The notes beneath the pieces are model-generated. The model was not told the DNA's origin. It saw only the letters and a program-made list of their open reading frames with translations, and ran no database searches. From Nevskia soli (GTDB taxonomy: Bacteria > Pseudomonadota > Gammaproteobacteria > Nevskiales > Nevskiaceae), in assembly GCA_026224805.1 (NCBI GenBank), contig JAMFRN010000138.1, forward strand, positions 19,441 through 83,440: 64,000 nt of DNA, given 5' to 3'. The position numbers and the translations under genes were made by a program. Below are positions 53,207 to 63,035 of the stretch, piece after piece (positions within the stretch are counted from its first letter, which is position 1; every line of letters begins with the position of its first letter).

Positions 53207-54376
53207 TTGGGGAAGTCGCGCATTCTGGTCATCACCCGCAATCTGCCGCCATTACGTGGCGGCATGGAACGGCTGAACTACCATCTGCTGCAAGAACTGG
53301 CGCAAGGATTCGAGTTGGGCGTATGTTGCCCATGGGAATGCTTATCTGCGGTATCGCCCACGATGCGAGCAGCGGGGGTGCCTTTGCGTCCGCTTTCACA
53401 GTTTATCCTCGCGGGTACAGCGCGCTCAATTGCACTCGCACGTCGATTCCGCCCGCATCTAGTGCTTGCGGGCAGCGGCTTGACTGCCCCTTTGGCGCGC
53501 ATAGCCGCAGCGTCGGTGAATGCTAGATCAGGCGCCTACCTACACGGCCTGGATATTGCTGCGGAACACTGGATTTACCAGAAGTTGTGGGTTCGACAGT
53601 TTCGTGCGCTTGATCTGATTCTGGTCAACAGCCGCCACACAGCGGCCTTGGCCGAGCGCGTCGGCGTCCCCGCTGCACGCATCAACATTGTGCATCCTGG
53701 TGTGAGCTTGCCTGCCTGGGAGCCCGCTACAGCGATCGAGTTTCGGCAGCATTTTGGGTTGGGGGATCGGCCTGTACTTTTGTCGCTGGGCCGCCTCACA
53801 TCGAGAAAGGGCCTTGTCGAGTTTCTTGAAAGGGTCATGCCAGCGCTGGTCGTAGCAGTACCGCGGATCTTCCTCGCTGTGATCGGCGGTGAAGCCGTTC
53901 ATTCGATCAAGGCGGATACACAGAGTCAGTGGCAACGCATCCAGCTGACCATCCAGCGGCTGGGCTTAGGCGAACATGTGCAACTCATGGGGGAGCAGGA
54001 CGATGCGATGGTGGGCGCAGCTTTTTTTTCCGCCCGCGCGCTGGTATTCCCTGTACTCAATATGCCGGGTGATAGTGAAGGTTTCGGCATGGTAGCGGTC
54101 GAAGCGGCTGCGCACGGGGTGCCGACCGTCGCTTTTGCTGTGGGGGGAGTGGTGGACGCAGTAGCCGATCCGGAATCCGGCAGCCTGGCGCCGTCCGGTG
54201 ACTATTTCCAGATGACGGAAAAATTGATCGAACTGTGCCGCAGCTCCGCATCGGAGGAAGCCAGGCAGCGAAGGCGTGACTTTGCCGCGAATTTTGAATG
54301 GAGCCGATTCGGAGAACAGGTCCGCAAAGTCTGCGGCGGGATCGTCGCAAATTCAGATGCTGCGTCTGCCGTGTGA
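53207..54376 (+). CDS. Glycosyltransferase family 4
   Basis: PPLRGGMER, LGRLTSRKG, EGFGMVAVEAAAHGVP. Confidence 0.88.
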   Translation: MGKSRILVITRNLPPLRGGMERLNYHLLQELAQGFELGVCCPWECLSAVSPTMRAAGVPLRPLSQFILAGTARSIALARRFRPHLVLAGSGLTAPLARIAAASVNARSGAYLHGLDIAAEHWIYQKLWVRQFRALDLILVNSRHTAALAERVGVPAARINIVHPGVSLPAWEPATAIEFRQHFGLGDRPVLLSLGRLTSRKGLVEFLERVMPALVVAVPRIFLAVIGGEAVHSIKADTQSQWQRIQLTIQRLGLGEHVQLMGEQDDAMVGAAFFSARALVFPVLNMPGDSEGFGMVAVEAAAHGVPTVAFAVGGVVDAVADPESGSLAPSGDYFQMTEKLIELCRSSASEEARQRRRDFAANFEWSRFGEQVRKVCGGIVANSDAASAV

Positions 54377-55107
54377 CTATCAATTCCGGCCAAATCCAGC
54401 GCCAGCCGCATGCTGTGCTCGACACGGCGTCGCGCAGATTGAAGGCACTGAAGATCGAAAAGCTGCTGGGTCTGAAACGCGGCGCCGGACCTATCCGAAT
54501 GCTGGAGATCGGTTGCGGTGTGGGCGGCATTTCACATTACTTTGCCACTCATCCGGAGCTTGAATGCGAAGTGGATGCGGTTGATGTCGTCGATCTCCGC
54601 CAATTGACGGACGGCTACTGCTTTACCTGTGTATCCGGAACCGGATTGCCGTTTCCGGATGCCAGCTTTGACGTCGTCATCACCAATCACGTAATCGAAC
54701 ATGTTGGCGACCGTGCCAGTCAGGCCCATCATCTGAGCGAGGTCCGGCGCGTCATGAAACGCGGCGGCCAAGGCTATCTGGCGGTACCGAATCGCTGGCA
54801 GTTCGTGGAGCCTCACTATGGGCTGGCATTTCTGAGTTGGCTGCCTCACTCGCTGCGGACGCCATATTTGAGGTTAATGGGCAAAGGGAAATTTTATGAT
54901 TGTGAACCTTTGACAGTCACAGAATTGGAATCCTTGCTTTCCCAGGCTGCATTTGAATTCCGCAATGCGTGCACACCCGCAATGCGCTTGATGTTCTTGC
55001 TTGAACGAAAAAAGTCTCCAGTAACAACGGTGTTACAGGCGCTACCAAGTTCTTTTTTGAACTTGTTGAAAGACATCATGCCTACATTGATATACGTCCT
55101 TCGCTAA
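54373..55107 (+). CDS. Class I SAM-dependent methyltransferase
   Basis: MLEIGCGVG, LPFPDASFDVV, NHVIEHV; GTG overlaps the upstream stop. Confidence 0.85.
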   Translation: MTINSGQIQRQPHAVLDTASRRLKALKIEKLLGLKRGAGPIRMLEIGCGVGGISHYFATHPELECEVDAVDVVDLRQLTDGYCFTCVSGTGLPFPDASFDVVITNHVIEHVGDRASQAHHLSEVRRVMKRGGQGYLAVPNRWQFVEPHYGLAFLSWLPHSLRTPYLRLMGKGKFYDCEPLTVTELESLLSQAAFEFRNACTPAMRLMFLLERKKSPVTTVLQALPSSFLNLLKDIMPTLIYVLR

Positions 55108-55372
55108 CCAACTATTCAATAATCGCAGCTTCCTCGGCAATTTGTTGCTGCGGGTCATGGTGATGATCGGCGAGATAATAGAGTTGATCGGAAAGGAAGC
55201 CGGCCATTAGGCGGCGACCTGCGGCGGGATCTGTAACGTCGATGGTTTCGTTCCACCGTGCTTCACATATCTTCGGTTGACATCTACAGAATATAAGTGA
55301 GCGAAAAGCTCTGCATTGTCCCTATAGAATATTTCCGTCCGCCACGGTTTCCGATAATGGCTGCGCGACGCA

Positions 55373-56641
55373 TCAGTCGCCTATGATCTCGATTTCCGGC
55401 AAGGGGAAGATGAGCTTTCCACCTGAGGCCAGATAATCTTTCTCGCGCCGCACGATTGTATCTTTGAAATGCCAAGGAAGTACGAGAAAATAATCGGGAC
55501 GTGCAGCCCTCGCTTCTGCTTCGGAAATAATCGGAATTAGAGTGCCTGGTGTGTAGGCCCCAAACTTTTCGGAGTTGACCTCGGCAATGGCGGGAATTTC
55601 ATTGCGCCCAAACTGACAGAATTGTAGTAGCACGTTGCCCTTGGTGGATGCGCCATAGCCGAGTACGCGTTTGCCGTCATCCACCAATAAACGGATTAGC
55701 CTTTGCAGGTCCGCACGATGCTTGAATACCCTCTCCTCAAACTGCCGATAGGGCTTAGGGGTATCCAAGCCCCAGTTCTGTTCCTGTTGCAACATCCAGT
55801 CGATGACCGGGCGAGCGCTGGCAATGTTGGCATCGTCGTGGCAGGCAGTTACTGCGATGCTACCGCCGTTAACACTGTTCATCTGCACATTTATGATGCG
55901 CAATCGATGCTTGGCAAGCAGGTTGTAGATCACTCGGAGGGAATAGTATTCCAGGTGCTCGTGGCAGACGGTATCATAGGAGTTGGTCCGCAGCATGGAC
56001 GGCATGTAGCTCTGTTCGAAATGCCATACACCGTCTGGCGCAAGCACTTCGGCAATGTCGCCGACGAAGGCATCGGGATCCTCCAGATCGTAGAACATTG
56101 CGATAGAAGTGATGATTTTCGCCCTCTGATTGCTGGATGCATCGAAGAACCGGCTGGCCGAAAAAAAGTCCGTTACCACTTGAATCTGCGGGGGGTAAAA
56201 CTCGCGAAACTTGCTGGCGGTTGGATCAATCCCGACGCGGCAGATGCCGCTGGATTCATAGGATTTCAGCAAAGTGCCGTCGTTGCTCCCAATATCCAGT
56301 ACCCACTCGCCATGGGACAGCGGATAATTTCTCTCAAGCCCGCGCACCTTTCCCTGTAGGTGTGCCACCATCGAGGCGTTCAGGCCGGATCGGTAGCCGT
56401 AGTTGTCGCCATACATTTCTGCCAAGCTGTAGGAATGCTTTAGTTGTAGCAACCCGCTGTCCGGGCACCAGACCAGTTCAAGAGGGCCCTTGGTAACACC
56501 CTGATCCGGGGAACGGGGGAAAACCCCGGTGAGGTGTTGCTCGCCAAGATTCAGTACTGAAACGAGATGGCTGGTGCCGGCGATGCGGCAGCGGTCGATC
56601 TCGGTGACGCCGCCCTGATTGGAGTCCTTCTTGGTGCTCAT
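55373..56641 (-). CDS. NDP-hexose C-methyltransferase-like protein
   Basis: YGYRSG, VLDIGSNDGTLL, YDTVCHEHLEYY, GYGASTKGN, LVLPWHF; layout typical of sugar 3-C-methyltransferases. Confidence 0.82.
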   Translation of the reverse strand: MSTKKDSNQGGVTEIDRCRIAGTSHLVSVLNLGEQHLTGVFPRSPDQGVTKGPLELVWCPDSGLLQLKHSYSLAEMYGDNYGYRSGLNASMVAHLQGKVRGLERNYPLSHGEWVLDIGSNDGTLLKSYESSGICRVGIDPTASKFREFYPPQIQVVTDFFSASRFFDASSNQRAKIITSIAMFYDLEDPDAFVGDIAEVLAPDGVWHFEQSYMPSMLRTNSYDTVCHEHLEYYSLRVIYNLLAKHRLRIINVQMNSVNGGSIAVTACHDDANIASARPVIDWMLQQEQNWGLDTPKPYRQFEERVFKHRADLQRLIRLLVDDGKRVLGYGASTKGNVLLQFCQFGRNEIPAIAEVNSEKFGAYTPGTLIPIISEAEARAARPDYFLVLPWHFKDTIVRREKDYLASGGKLIFPLPEIEIIGD

Positions 56642-56952
56642 AGATCAAATCGGCAGTCAGTATTATCTTCAGTGTCCATAAAGAATAAGATACACCAACC
56701 GCCAAGGCGGCGTAGGGCGAAATACGTCAAATCGAGCGCGTGAGATCGGCCGCGCCGTCATCCTCCAAACCCGTTCGCGCATCGAGATTGCTAAGATTCC
56801 GACTTTGCTCGGCTAGCTCATCTAGATGCTGGTTGAGATGTAAGTCACCTTTCTCGTTACATGCCCCAAGAGATACGGAACATCTCGGTTGCTCCCCGCA
56901 TGCCGTGAACTATGCTGATGGCGCTATAGTCCTGTAGTGAAAGTGACTTTCG

Positions 56953-58140
56953 TCAGTTAAGTGCTCGTATGAATTCGATGTGGCGTTCAAGTTCCAATAC
57001 GCTGCGTTCCCAGGAAAAATGCTTCACTACAAACTTTCTTCCCTTCTCAGAGAGTTGAGTCCAATTATCGTCATGGAGAAGCGCCACCACGCGCTGGGCG
57101 AATTCCATCGGTTCATCTTCGATCCATAAGTCATTGCCAGAACGTGCTCCCACCCCGCTGTTGCCGGCGCTTGTGGTCACCACCGGAGTCGCCCATGACA
57201 GCGCTTCCAGAATCTTTGTCTGCACGCCTATCTTTAGTTGGATCGGGCAAATGCTGACCTTGGCTCGTCGAAGATATTGGGATACATCTTTAACTTTCCC
57301 GGTAATGACGATCTGGTCCCCAAATTTCATAGCCGCGTCCCGGATTCGAGGATCTGGTTCTGCGCCCACGATCCATAGTGTCGCAGATGAATACTCTTTC
57401 AAGACGGCGGGAAAAATACGTGTCAGAAAAAAAAGGATGCCGTCCACATTGGTAGGGTGAAACATATTCCCTGAAAAAATAATCATTCCCTTGGTGCGAT
57501 CTTCACAGCTTACGATATCCGCATCGGGCCTAAAGTCGACTCCATACGATACATGCCCCAAATTTTGGTAGCCGCCTTGCCGCTGCATATCTCCCATGTC
57601 GGCTTTCGACAACGTCAAGACCTTTGCGAATTTTGGTAAAACAGCATTTTCGTATCGCTTCGTCAACATTGCATGAGCCGACCACGTGATTCTCTGCAAC
57701 GGCGACCCAATCGATAACTTGCTAAGCCGGCTAAGTCTTATCGACTGCGGATCTTCGACATTCACAATTGCCTTCTTATAAGCGGACTCCGGGCAATATT
57801 GAATGCTGGACAAGTCATATAGCAAAATCGCATCAAAATCATGGTATGCAATGAGTTCACGCACCCGCGCCTGCATTTCGCTGGAGCTAAATTTGGCGAC
57901 AGAGGGAGCTGATCCGAGCAGAACGCGAAACCATCTACCAAATTTTGATATCTTCTTTCGAGTGACTATCTCAATTTTGTCTGTAAATTCCGAGCCTCCC
58001 GCTTGCTTCCCTTGGTGGTCGGAGCAAATGAAATAAACGCTATGCTTTTTCGACAGATGCTTCATCTGATTGCAGGCAATAATCGAACTACCAATTCGCG
58101 GAGGAAAAGGGTAGCCCGCCATCACGACTAGCAACTTCAT
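56953..58140 (-). CDS. Glycosyltransferase family 4
   Basis: YPFPPRIG, IIFSGNMFHPTN, GVQTKILEALSWATPVVTT. Confidence 0.85.
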   Translation of the reverse strand: MKLLVVMAGYPFPPRIGSSIIACNQMKHLSKKHSVYFICSDHQGKQAGGSEFTDKIEIVTRKKISKFGRWFRVLLGSAPSVAKFSSSEMQARVRELIAYHDFDAILLYDLSSIQYCPESAYKKAIVNVEDPQSIRLSRLSKLSIGSPLQRITWSAHAMLTKRYENAVLPKFAKVLTLSKADMGDMQRQGGYQNLGHVSYGVDFRPDADIVSCEDRTKGMIIFSGNMFHPTNVDGILFFLTRIFPAVLKEYSSATLWIVGAEPDPRIRDAAMKFGDQIVITGKVKDVSQYLRRAKVSICPIQLKIGVQTKILEALSWATPVVTTSAGNSGVGARSGNDLWIEDEPMEFAQRVVALLHDDNWTQLSEKGRKFVVKHFSWERSVLELERHIEFIRALN

Positions 58141-58152
58141 TCTGCTTTCACT

Positions 58153-59019
58153 TCAGAGCGCAACGAATTTCTGATCAGCAATGAGCGAGAACTGCGCTTC
58201 ACTAGACTTGCGAAATTTTGTGTACTGGTATCGATTCTCGGCAAACGGCAATGCCTTCACCTTGTTCAGAAATGATATATCGAAGGTTGCAGGGTCTACG
58301 AAAAATCCATTAACGCCGTTTCGATCCACGGTCACAAAGTGATAGCCATGGCGTTCAAAAAGCTTTCGCCATCCGGCAATAGAAACCCCGTAATAGAGTT
58401 GCGTTGGATGAGCCTGTTTGAAAGCGAAGTTGCTCTTGTATTCTATAGTCATACACCGGTCCGGCCCAAAAACCGAGTTGTATTCGACTACAAATACTTT
58501 TGGCCGAAACCCGCTATCCAGTAACGCCTGCGCAATGTAGTAGTCATTGCCGTCGATATCCAGCGAGAGAACATCGGGGTCATGATGGAATGCTAAGGAC
58601 TTCAGTTCCGCTATGTTCTCCCGTGTTACGAACATGTTGTAGCATTCTGCGCCAATACTGTGATTAATTACTCTCTGCCTGGCTCGCTGCGCGAGTTTCG
58701 GATTGCCCTCAATCATTATGCCGCTGTACTGCTCCGCTACGACGAGCCATGCGCTATTGTTTTGGATCCCATCCGATGTGCCAATTTCGATGAAATATCG
58801 ATTGGTTTTCAAGAGCTGCTGACGAAGCACATCAAGTATGCCGTCTTCGCCATTCTGACTAAAGCCGGAAAATTCCCAAGTTCCTGGGAGTGCCAGATCG
58901 ATTTTCCTCGCTTGCATCATTTCAGCACCTTTGGCGAGAGCCGTGCATATTCGTTGTCGGTCTCGAATGCCTAGTAAATAATTCGAAATCCCTATAAGTT
59001 CCAAAAATTTTTCAATCAT
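58153..59019 (-). CDS. FkbM-like putative methyltransferase
   Basis: FSQNGEDGIL, FIEIGTSDG, DVLSLDIDGNDY, VVEYN. Confidence 0.7.
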   Translation of the reverse strand: MIEKFLELIGISNYLLGIRDRQRICTALAKGAEMMQARKIDLALPGTWEFSGFSQNGEDGILDVLRQQLLKTNRYFIEIGTSDGIQNNSAWLVVAEQYSGIMIEGNPKLAQRARQRVINHSIGAECYNMFVTRENIAELKSLAFHHDPDVLSLDIDGNDYYIAQALLDSGFRPKVFVVEYNSVFGPDRCMTIEYKSNFAFKQAHPTQLYYGVSIAGWRKLFERHGYHFVTVDRNGVNGFFVDPATFDISFLNKVKALPFAENRYQYTKFRKSSEAQFSLIADQKFVAL

Positions 59020-59059
59020 CGGTTCACCGGCAAATTTTATGCGCAGGCCACATAGTTGC

Positions 59060-60568
59060 TCAAGCAGTTACGAGGCGCTTCTTCATTCCGAGACTGTTCA
59101 ATATGGTTGAGCGCAATGATGGCGATAGGGCAAGCGAGATCAACATTGTCAGCAGAGCCAGGGCTCCACCACATGCCAATTTGACATAGACGGAATGGTT
59201 GGAATCCTTGATAGCATATTTGGCCGCGATGCCGATCAAAAAAGTCAAAGCTAGCGAAATACCGACGTCATGGAGCATCCACTTGATTCCTATTCCGACA
59301 AGTAAATGGCGATGTGTCAGCCAAGTCCCAAGCAATAGATACATCACATGTAAAATAAGCCACGCCATGGCCCCTCCTACGGCTCCATAAGCTGTCGCTA
59401 AAAATGACGTCAATGGAATCATTACAACCATCATTATTCCATTGATAATTATAGGCAATCGAGTAACTCCAAAGGCCAATTGCAGCGCATAGGGAAAATG
59501 CATCACTCCGTGTAGTGCGGAGCCCATGGCTAAAAGCGCAATCAAGGGCGCTACTTGCACTGCTGTGCCCCAGTTGCCGGTCCATAAACCAACCATTTCT
59601 TCGCCAAAAACAGTCAGAAGCATAGCGATGGGGAATAGCACCGTCGCAAGCAAACGTGTTCCTAGGCGATAAAGCGCAATCAAGCCTTCAGTATTCCCAC
59701 TGGCAGCCAAAACTGAGAAACGAGGATATACGGCGTTGAAAAGAGGTAAGGTCAGCAGGGTGAGGCTATTCACCATGACGTTCGCAAGGGTGTATTCGCC
59801 AAATGCTTCCAGTCCAAGGATGCGGCTCAGCAAAACCTTGTCCAATTGCGTGAATACGAGCGCGGAGAGTGTTACTCCGATCATTCCGGCCGAAAAGCCC
59901 CAAACACGCCTGAGTGCATCTAGATTGAAATTGGTGTTTGTCGACTTTCCGATAATCCTCCACGCAGCCCGACGGATGATCAGCAAATGTACAAGAGCAA
60001 CTGCCGCCTGCCAGAAGAAGTAAGCCATTATCGTCGACGAGGCGAACGCGAGCACGCATGCCGCCCCAACGTTTCCGATGGCGACTATTGCCATGTTGAT
60101 TCGGCTGGAGACGATCAATCGCTGGGCACCCATAATCGTGCCCAAGTACAAGGCGATCGGCCAGCGGCAAGCGACAATCAAACCCATCAACGCCACAGCT
60201 TGTGCAACCACTTTGGGTGATAGATTCTTGGGATGCAGCCAATCCCGCGCGATGAAAGGAGCAGCTACGAAAACAGACAAAGCGATTATCGCCCCGATAC
60301 CCCAGTAAATGACAGCAAGGGTATGTAGCAACTGCCCCGAATCTGATAATTTCCCGACTGCGGAATGACGCGCGACCTCGCGATTCATTGTTGGCGCCAA
60401 CCCAAGATCAAGAATCTGAAATAAGGCCTGCATCATGGAAAAAAAGCCAACTAGCCCGTAGGCTTCGATCCCAAGATATTTAAGGTAGAACGGAACGACA
60501 GCCAAGCCGATAACTGCTGTCCAAATAGAGTTAATCAACCCAGCGAGTAGGTTTCGGCTCAGAGCCAT
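59060..60568 (-). CDS. wzx: Wzx-type oligosaccharide flippase
   Basis: 502 aa, many TM segments, YLKYLGIEAYGLVG, LDLGL, QLDKVLLS. Confidence 0.82.
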   Translation of the reverse strand: MALSRNLLAGLINSIWTAVIGLAVVPFYLKYLGIEAYGLVGFFSMMQALFQILDLGLAPTMNREVARHSAVGKLSDSGQLLHTLAVIYWGIGAIIALSVFVAAPFIARDWLHPKNLSPKVVAQAVALMGLIVACRWPIALYLGTIMGAQRLIVSSRINMAIVAIGNVGAACVLAFASSTIMAYFFWQAAVALVHLLIIRRAAWRIIGKSTNTNFNLDALRRVWGFSAGMIGVTLSALVFTQLDKVLLSRILGLEAFGEYTLANVMVNSLTLLTLPLFNAVYPRFSVLAASGNTEGLIALYRLGTRLLATVLFPIAMLLTVFGEEMVGLWTGNWGTAVQVAPLIALLAMGSALHGVMHFPYALQLAFGVTRLPIIINGIMMVVMIPLTSFLATAYGAVGGAMAWLILHVMYLLLGTWLTHRHLLVGIGIKWMLHDVGISLALTFLIGIAAKYAIKDSNHSVYVKLACGGALALLTMLISLALSPSLRSTILNSLGMKKRLVTA

Positions 60569-60852
60569 TATGGCCTACTCGCTATAGATGATGATCTGAT
60601 ATAGATTGCATTCGCGCGCGTTTGTTTTACTAGGTGAATCAGACTTGAGGAATCAGAATTGTCACTATGGCGAAGGAGAAGCCGCGCGCGCTCCTCATAC
60701 GGATCCAGATACAAATGTTCGATGCGCGTTGTGTTGAAGAGTGAGGCGCGGCGTTTGATCCCGTGGACAATAAAGCCTTTCCCGAGCAAGTATTCAGCAA
60801 GGTAAGTTCTATCCTTGCCCGTAATGCCGGTTCTAAATGCAACCTTGCTCAC
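60568..60852 (-). pseudogene. gmd: Degenerate N-terminal fragment of GDP-mannose 4,6-dehydratase
   Basis: VSKVAFRTGITGKDRTYLAEYLLGKGFIVHGIKRRASLFNTTRIEHLY matches the Gmd N-terminus, but the GQDG motif is altered and the protein ends after about 94 codons. Confidence 0.8.
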
Positions 60853-61146
60853 GAGCGGAGGTTCCTGATTGTTGTCTGGATAATGTCGTAGGTCACAGCG
60901 GCAGAAATATTGACGGAGCTCTTTTGCCACCCTTCAGAATCATGCTAGGTATAGCCTCGCCCCGAATTTATAGTGATTGAGAGTGCTTCGAGGGACCGTG
61001 AAACACGCCGTCCCGCAGCCGGAAGTCTGGAATAAAGCGGTGGATGTCGCTATCGTAATGAATAATCTAGATTTTAGCTCGATATTTTGGCTGATTGCAT
61101 CGGGCGTATCAGGCAATCTACTATCAGATCAATAGTTTCCTCGGCA

Positions 61147-62046
61147 ATGACCATTGGAATGATCGAATCAATAAAGCGCAAATTCAGGTCTGAGGGGCTG
61201 AGCGGCTTGCTACGTGGCGCTATGCGCAAGATCGTGCCCCGCAGATTGCATTGTTATCGGAAATACTTGGCATGTTTCGAAGGTAAGATAGGATTGGAAG
61301 TCGGTGGTCCGAGCCTAGTCTTTGGAAGGCGAGGCCTGTTTCCGGTTTATCGAGTCGCGGCGTGTATCGATAACTTAAATTTCCACGATGAAACGACCTG
61401 GGAGGGAATCATTACCCAAGGAAGAACTTTTTTTTTCGATAAAAATCGTCTCCCAGGTAGTCAATACATTGCGGAAGCGGGAAATCTGATTGCCCAGAGG
61501 TCAGATTCGTATGATTTTGTTCTTTCATCGCATATGCTCGAACATACAGCTAATCCTCTTCTCGCCTTATCGGAGTGGATGCGTGTGCTCAGGCCGCGCG
61601 GGGCGCTCCTACTTGTGGTGCCCCATAAAGACGGGACGTTCGATCATCGTCGCCCGACAACCTCGCTTGCTCACTTGATCGAGGATTTAGAGCGAAAAAC
61701 GACGGAGGACGATCTGACGCATCTTCCTGAAATTCTAGAACTTCATGATCTTGATTTGGATTCTGGCGTTGAAGGCATTGAAGCTTTCAAAGCCCGTAGC
61801 GAAAAAAATCCTGAAAATCGCTGTCTCCATCACCATGTCTTCGACACGCGGCTTACGGTGCAGGCAATTGATTCGACGGGACTCCAAATTCATGTAGTAG
61901 AGCCGATCCGGCCCTACCATATAGTCGTTATTGCTACGAAGCTAGACGATGGGCGGAAGCCTGATAATCGATGCTTCTTGCTACCTGATGCCGATTATTG
62001 CAAGTCCAGCCCATTTTTGTCAGACAGAATCCCATGCACTGCCTGA
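61147..62046 (+). CDS. Class I SAM-dependent methyltransferase (start uncertain)
   Basis: GLEVGGP, YDFVLSSHMLEH, EWMRVLRPRGALLLVVP. Confidence 0.8.
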   Translation: MTIGMIESIKRKFRSEGLSGLLRGAMRKIVPRRLHCYRKYLACFEGKIGLEVGGPSLVFGRRGLFPVYRVAACIDNLNFHDETTWEGIITQGRTFFFDKNRLPGSQYIAEAGNLIAQRSDSYDFVLSSHMLEHTANPLLALSEWMRVLRPRGALLLVVPHKDGTFDHRRPTTSLAHLIEDLERKTTEDDLTHLPEILELHDLDLDSGVEGIEAFKARSEKNPENRCLHHHVFDTRLTVQAIDSTGLQIHVVEPIRPYHIVVIATKLDDGRKPDNRCFLLPDADYCKSSPFLSDRIPCTA

Positions 62047-63035
62047 TTCAAGGGCAGTCGAAGGTTTCGATATTGATCCCTGGAAAAGTGTCAGTTCCAA
62101 GTGACAGAGAAGTTAACCGGCCGGCCTCTCCCAAGACGGATATCGCGACCCTCGCGATTATCACAGTGACCTACCACCCTGATATAGATGTTCTTGATGC
62201 GCAACTTGAATCGCTCCCAACTTCGGCCCTCATAGTGGTCGTCGATAATGCATCGACATACTCGGAGCGCGAGGCTCTGCGCCTACTTTGCGGCGCGCGT
62301 ACACGCTGCTTCTTGGTGGAAAACGATACCAACTTTGGACTGCCCGCCGCCATTAACCAAGGTGTGCGTCACGCTATAAGTATTAGCCCAGATTGCCGCT
62401 ACCTGTTATTCCTGGACCAAGATACTGAACCTGATGAGGAGGGCGTTCTCAGTTTGCTGCGGTGCTTTGAAAGTCTGCGAGCAACTGATCGCAATCTGGG
62501 TTGTGTCGGCCCTCGGTTGCTGGATGCAAAAAGCGGCCTCGGCCACGGGTTTCACAGGATCGCCGGGTGGCGTTGGGAGCGTTGCTATCCCGAGGCAGAT
62601 TCGTTTCCGGTGGAATGCGCAAATCTCAATTGCAGTGGCTCACTGATGGATGTCAATCTTTTCACGCAGCTTGGTGGATTCGAGGAAGATTTCTTTATGG
62701 ATCACCTGGATACGGAGTGGTCGTTCCGGGTACTCGCTGCTGGCTACAAGTTGTATGGAATTCCCTCAGTGGCCTTTCGGCATCGAATGGGGGCGGCAAC
62801 TTGGCGCTTCTGGTTCTTGGGATGGCGCATTTGGCCGTATCGCGCACCGTCGCGTCATTACTTCCTGTTCCGCAACGCAATACGGCTGATGCGGCGTAGT
62901 TATGTGCCTTCGGTCTGGAAGTTCTGGGCAGCAATTAAGCTGGGCTTGACGGCGTTGGTCCATCTGTTGATGGACGAAAAGCGCTGGTTACAACTGCGCT
63001 ACATGGCAAAAGGTGTTTTAGATGGCCTGCGCTAG
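61998..63035 (+). CDS. GT2 rhamnosyltransferase-like (true start probably downstream of 62046)
   Basis: IITVTYHPD, VVDNAS, LFLDQD, FFMDHLDTEWSFR, YFLFRN. Confidence 0.82.
   Translation: MQVQPIFVRQNPMHCLIQGQSKVSILIPGKVSVPSDREVNRPASPKTDIATLAIITVTYHPDIDVLDAQLESLPTSALIVVVDNASTYSEREALRLLCGARTRCFLVENDTNFGLPAAINQGVRHAISISPDCRYLLFLDQDTEPDEEGVLSLLRCFESLRATDRNLGCVGPRLLDAKSGLGHGFHRIAGWRWERCYPEADSFPVECANLNCSGSLMDVNLFTQLGGFEEDFFMDHLDTEWSFRVLAAGYKLYGIPSVAFRHRMGAATWRFWFLGWRIWPYRAPSRHYFLFRNAIRLMRRSYVPSVWKFWAAIKLGLTALVHLLMDEKRWLQLRYMAKGVLDGLR

Noticed and set aside
55858-55868. GGCGGTAG ops-like motif on the minus strand in the glycan locus
   Set aside because: Lies inside a CDS (encodes GGS) and lacks the downstream TG and JUMPstart context
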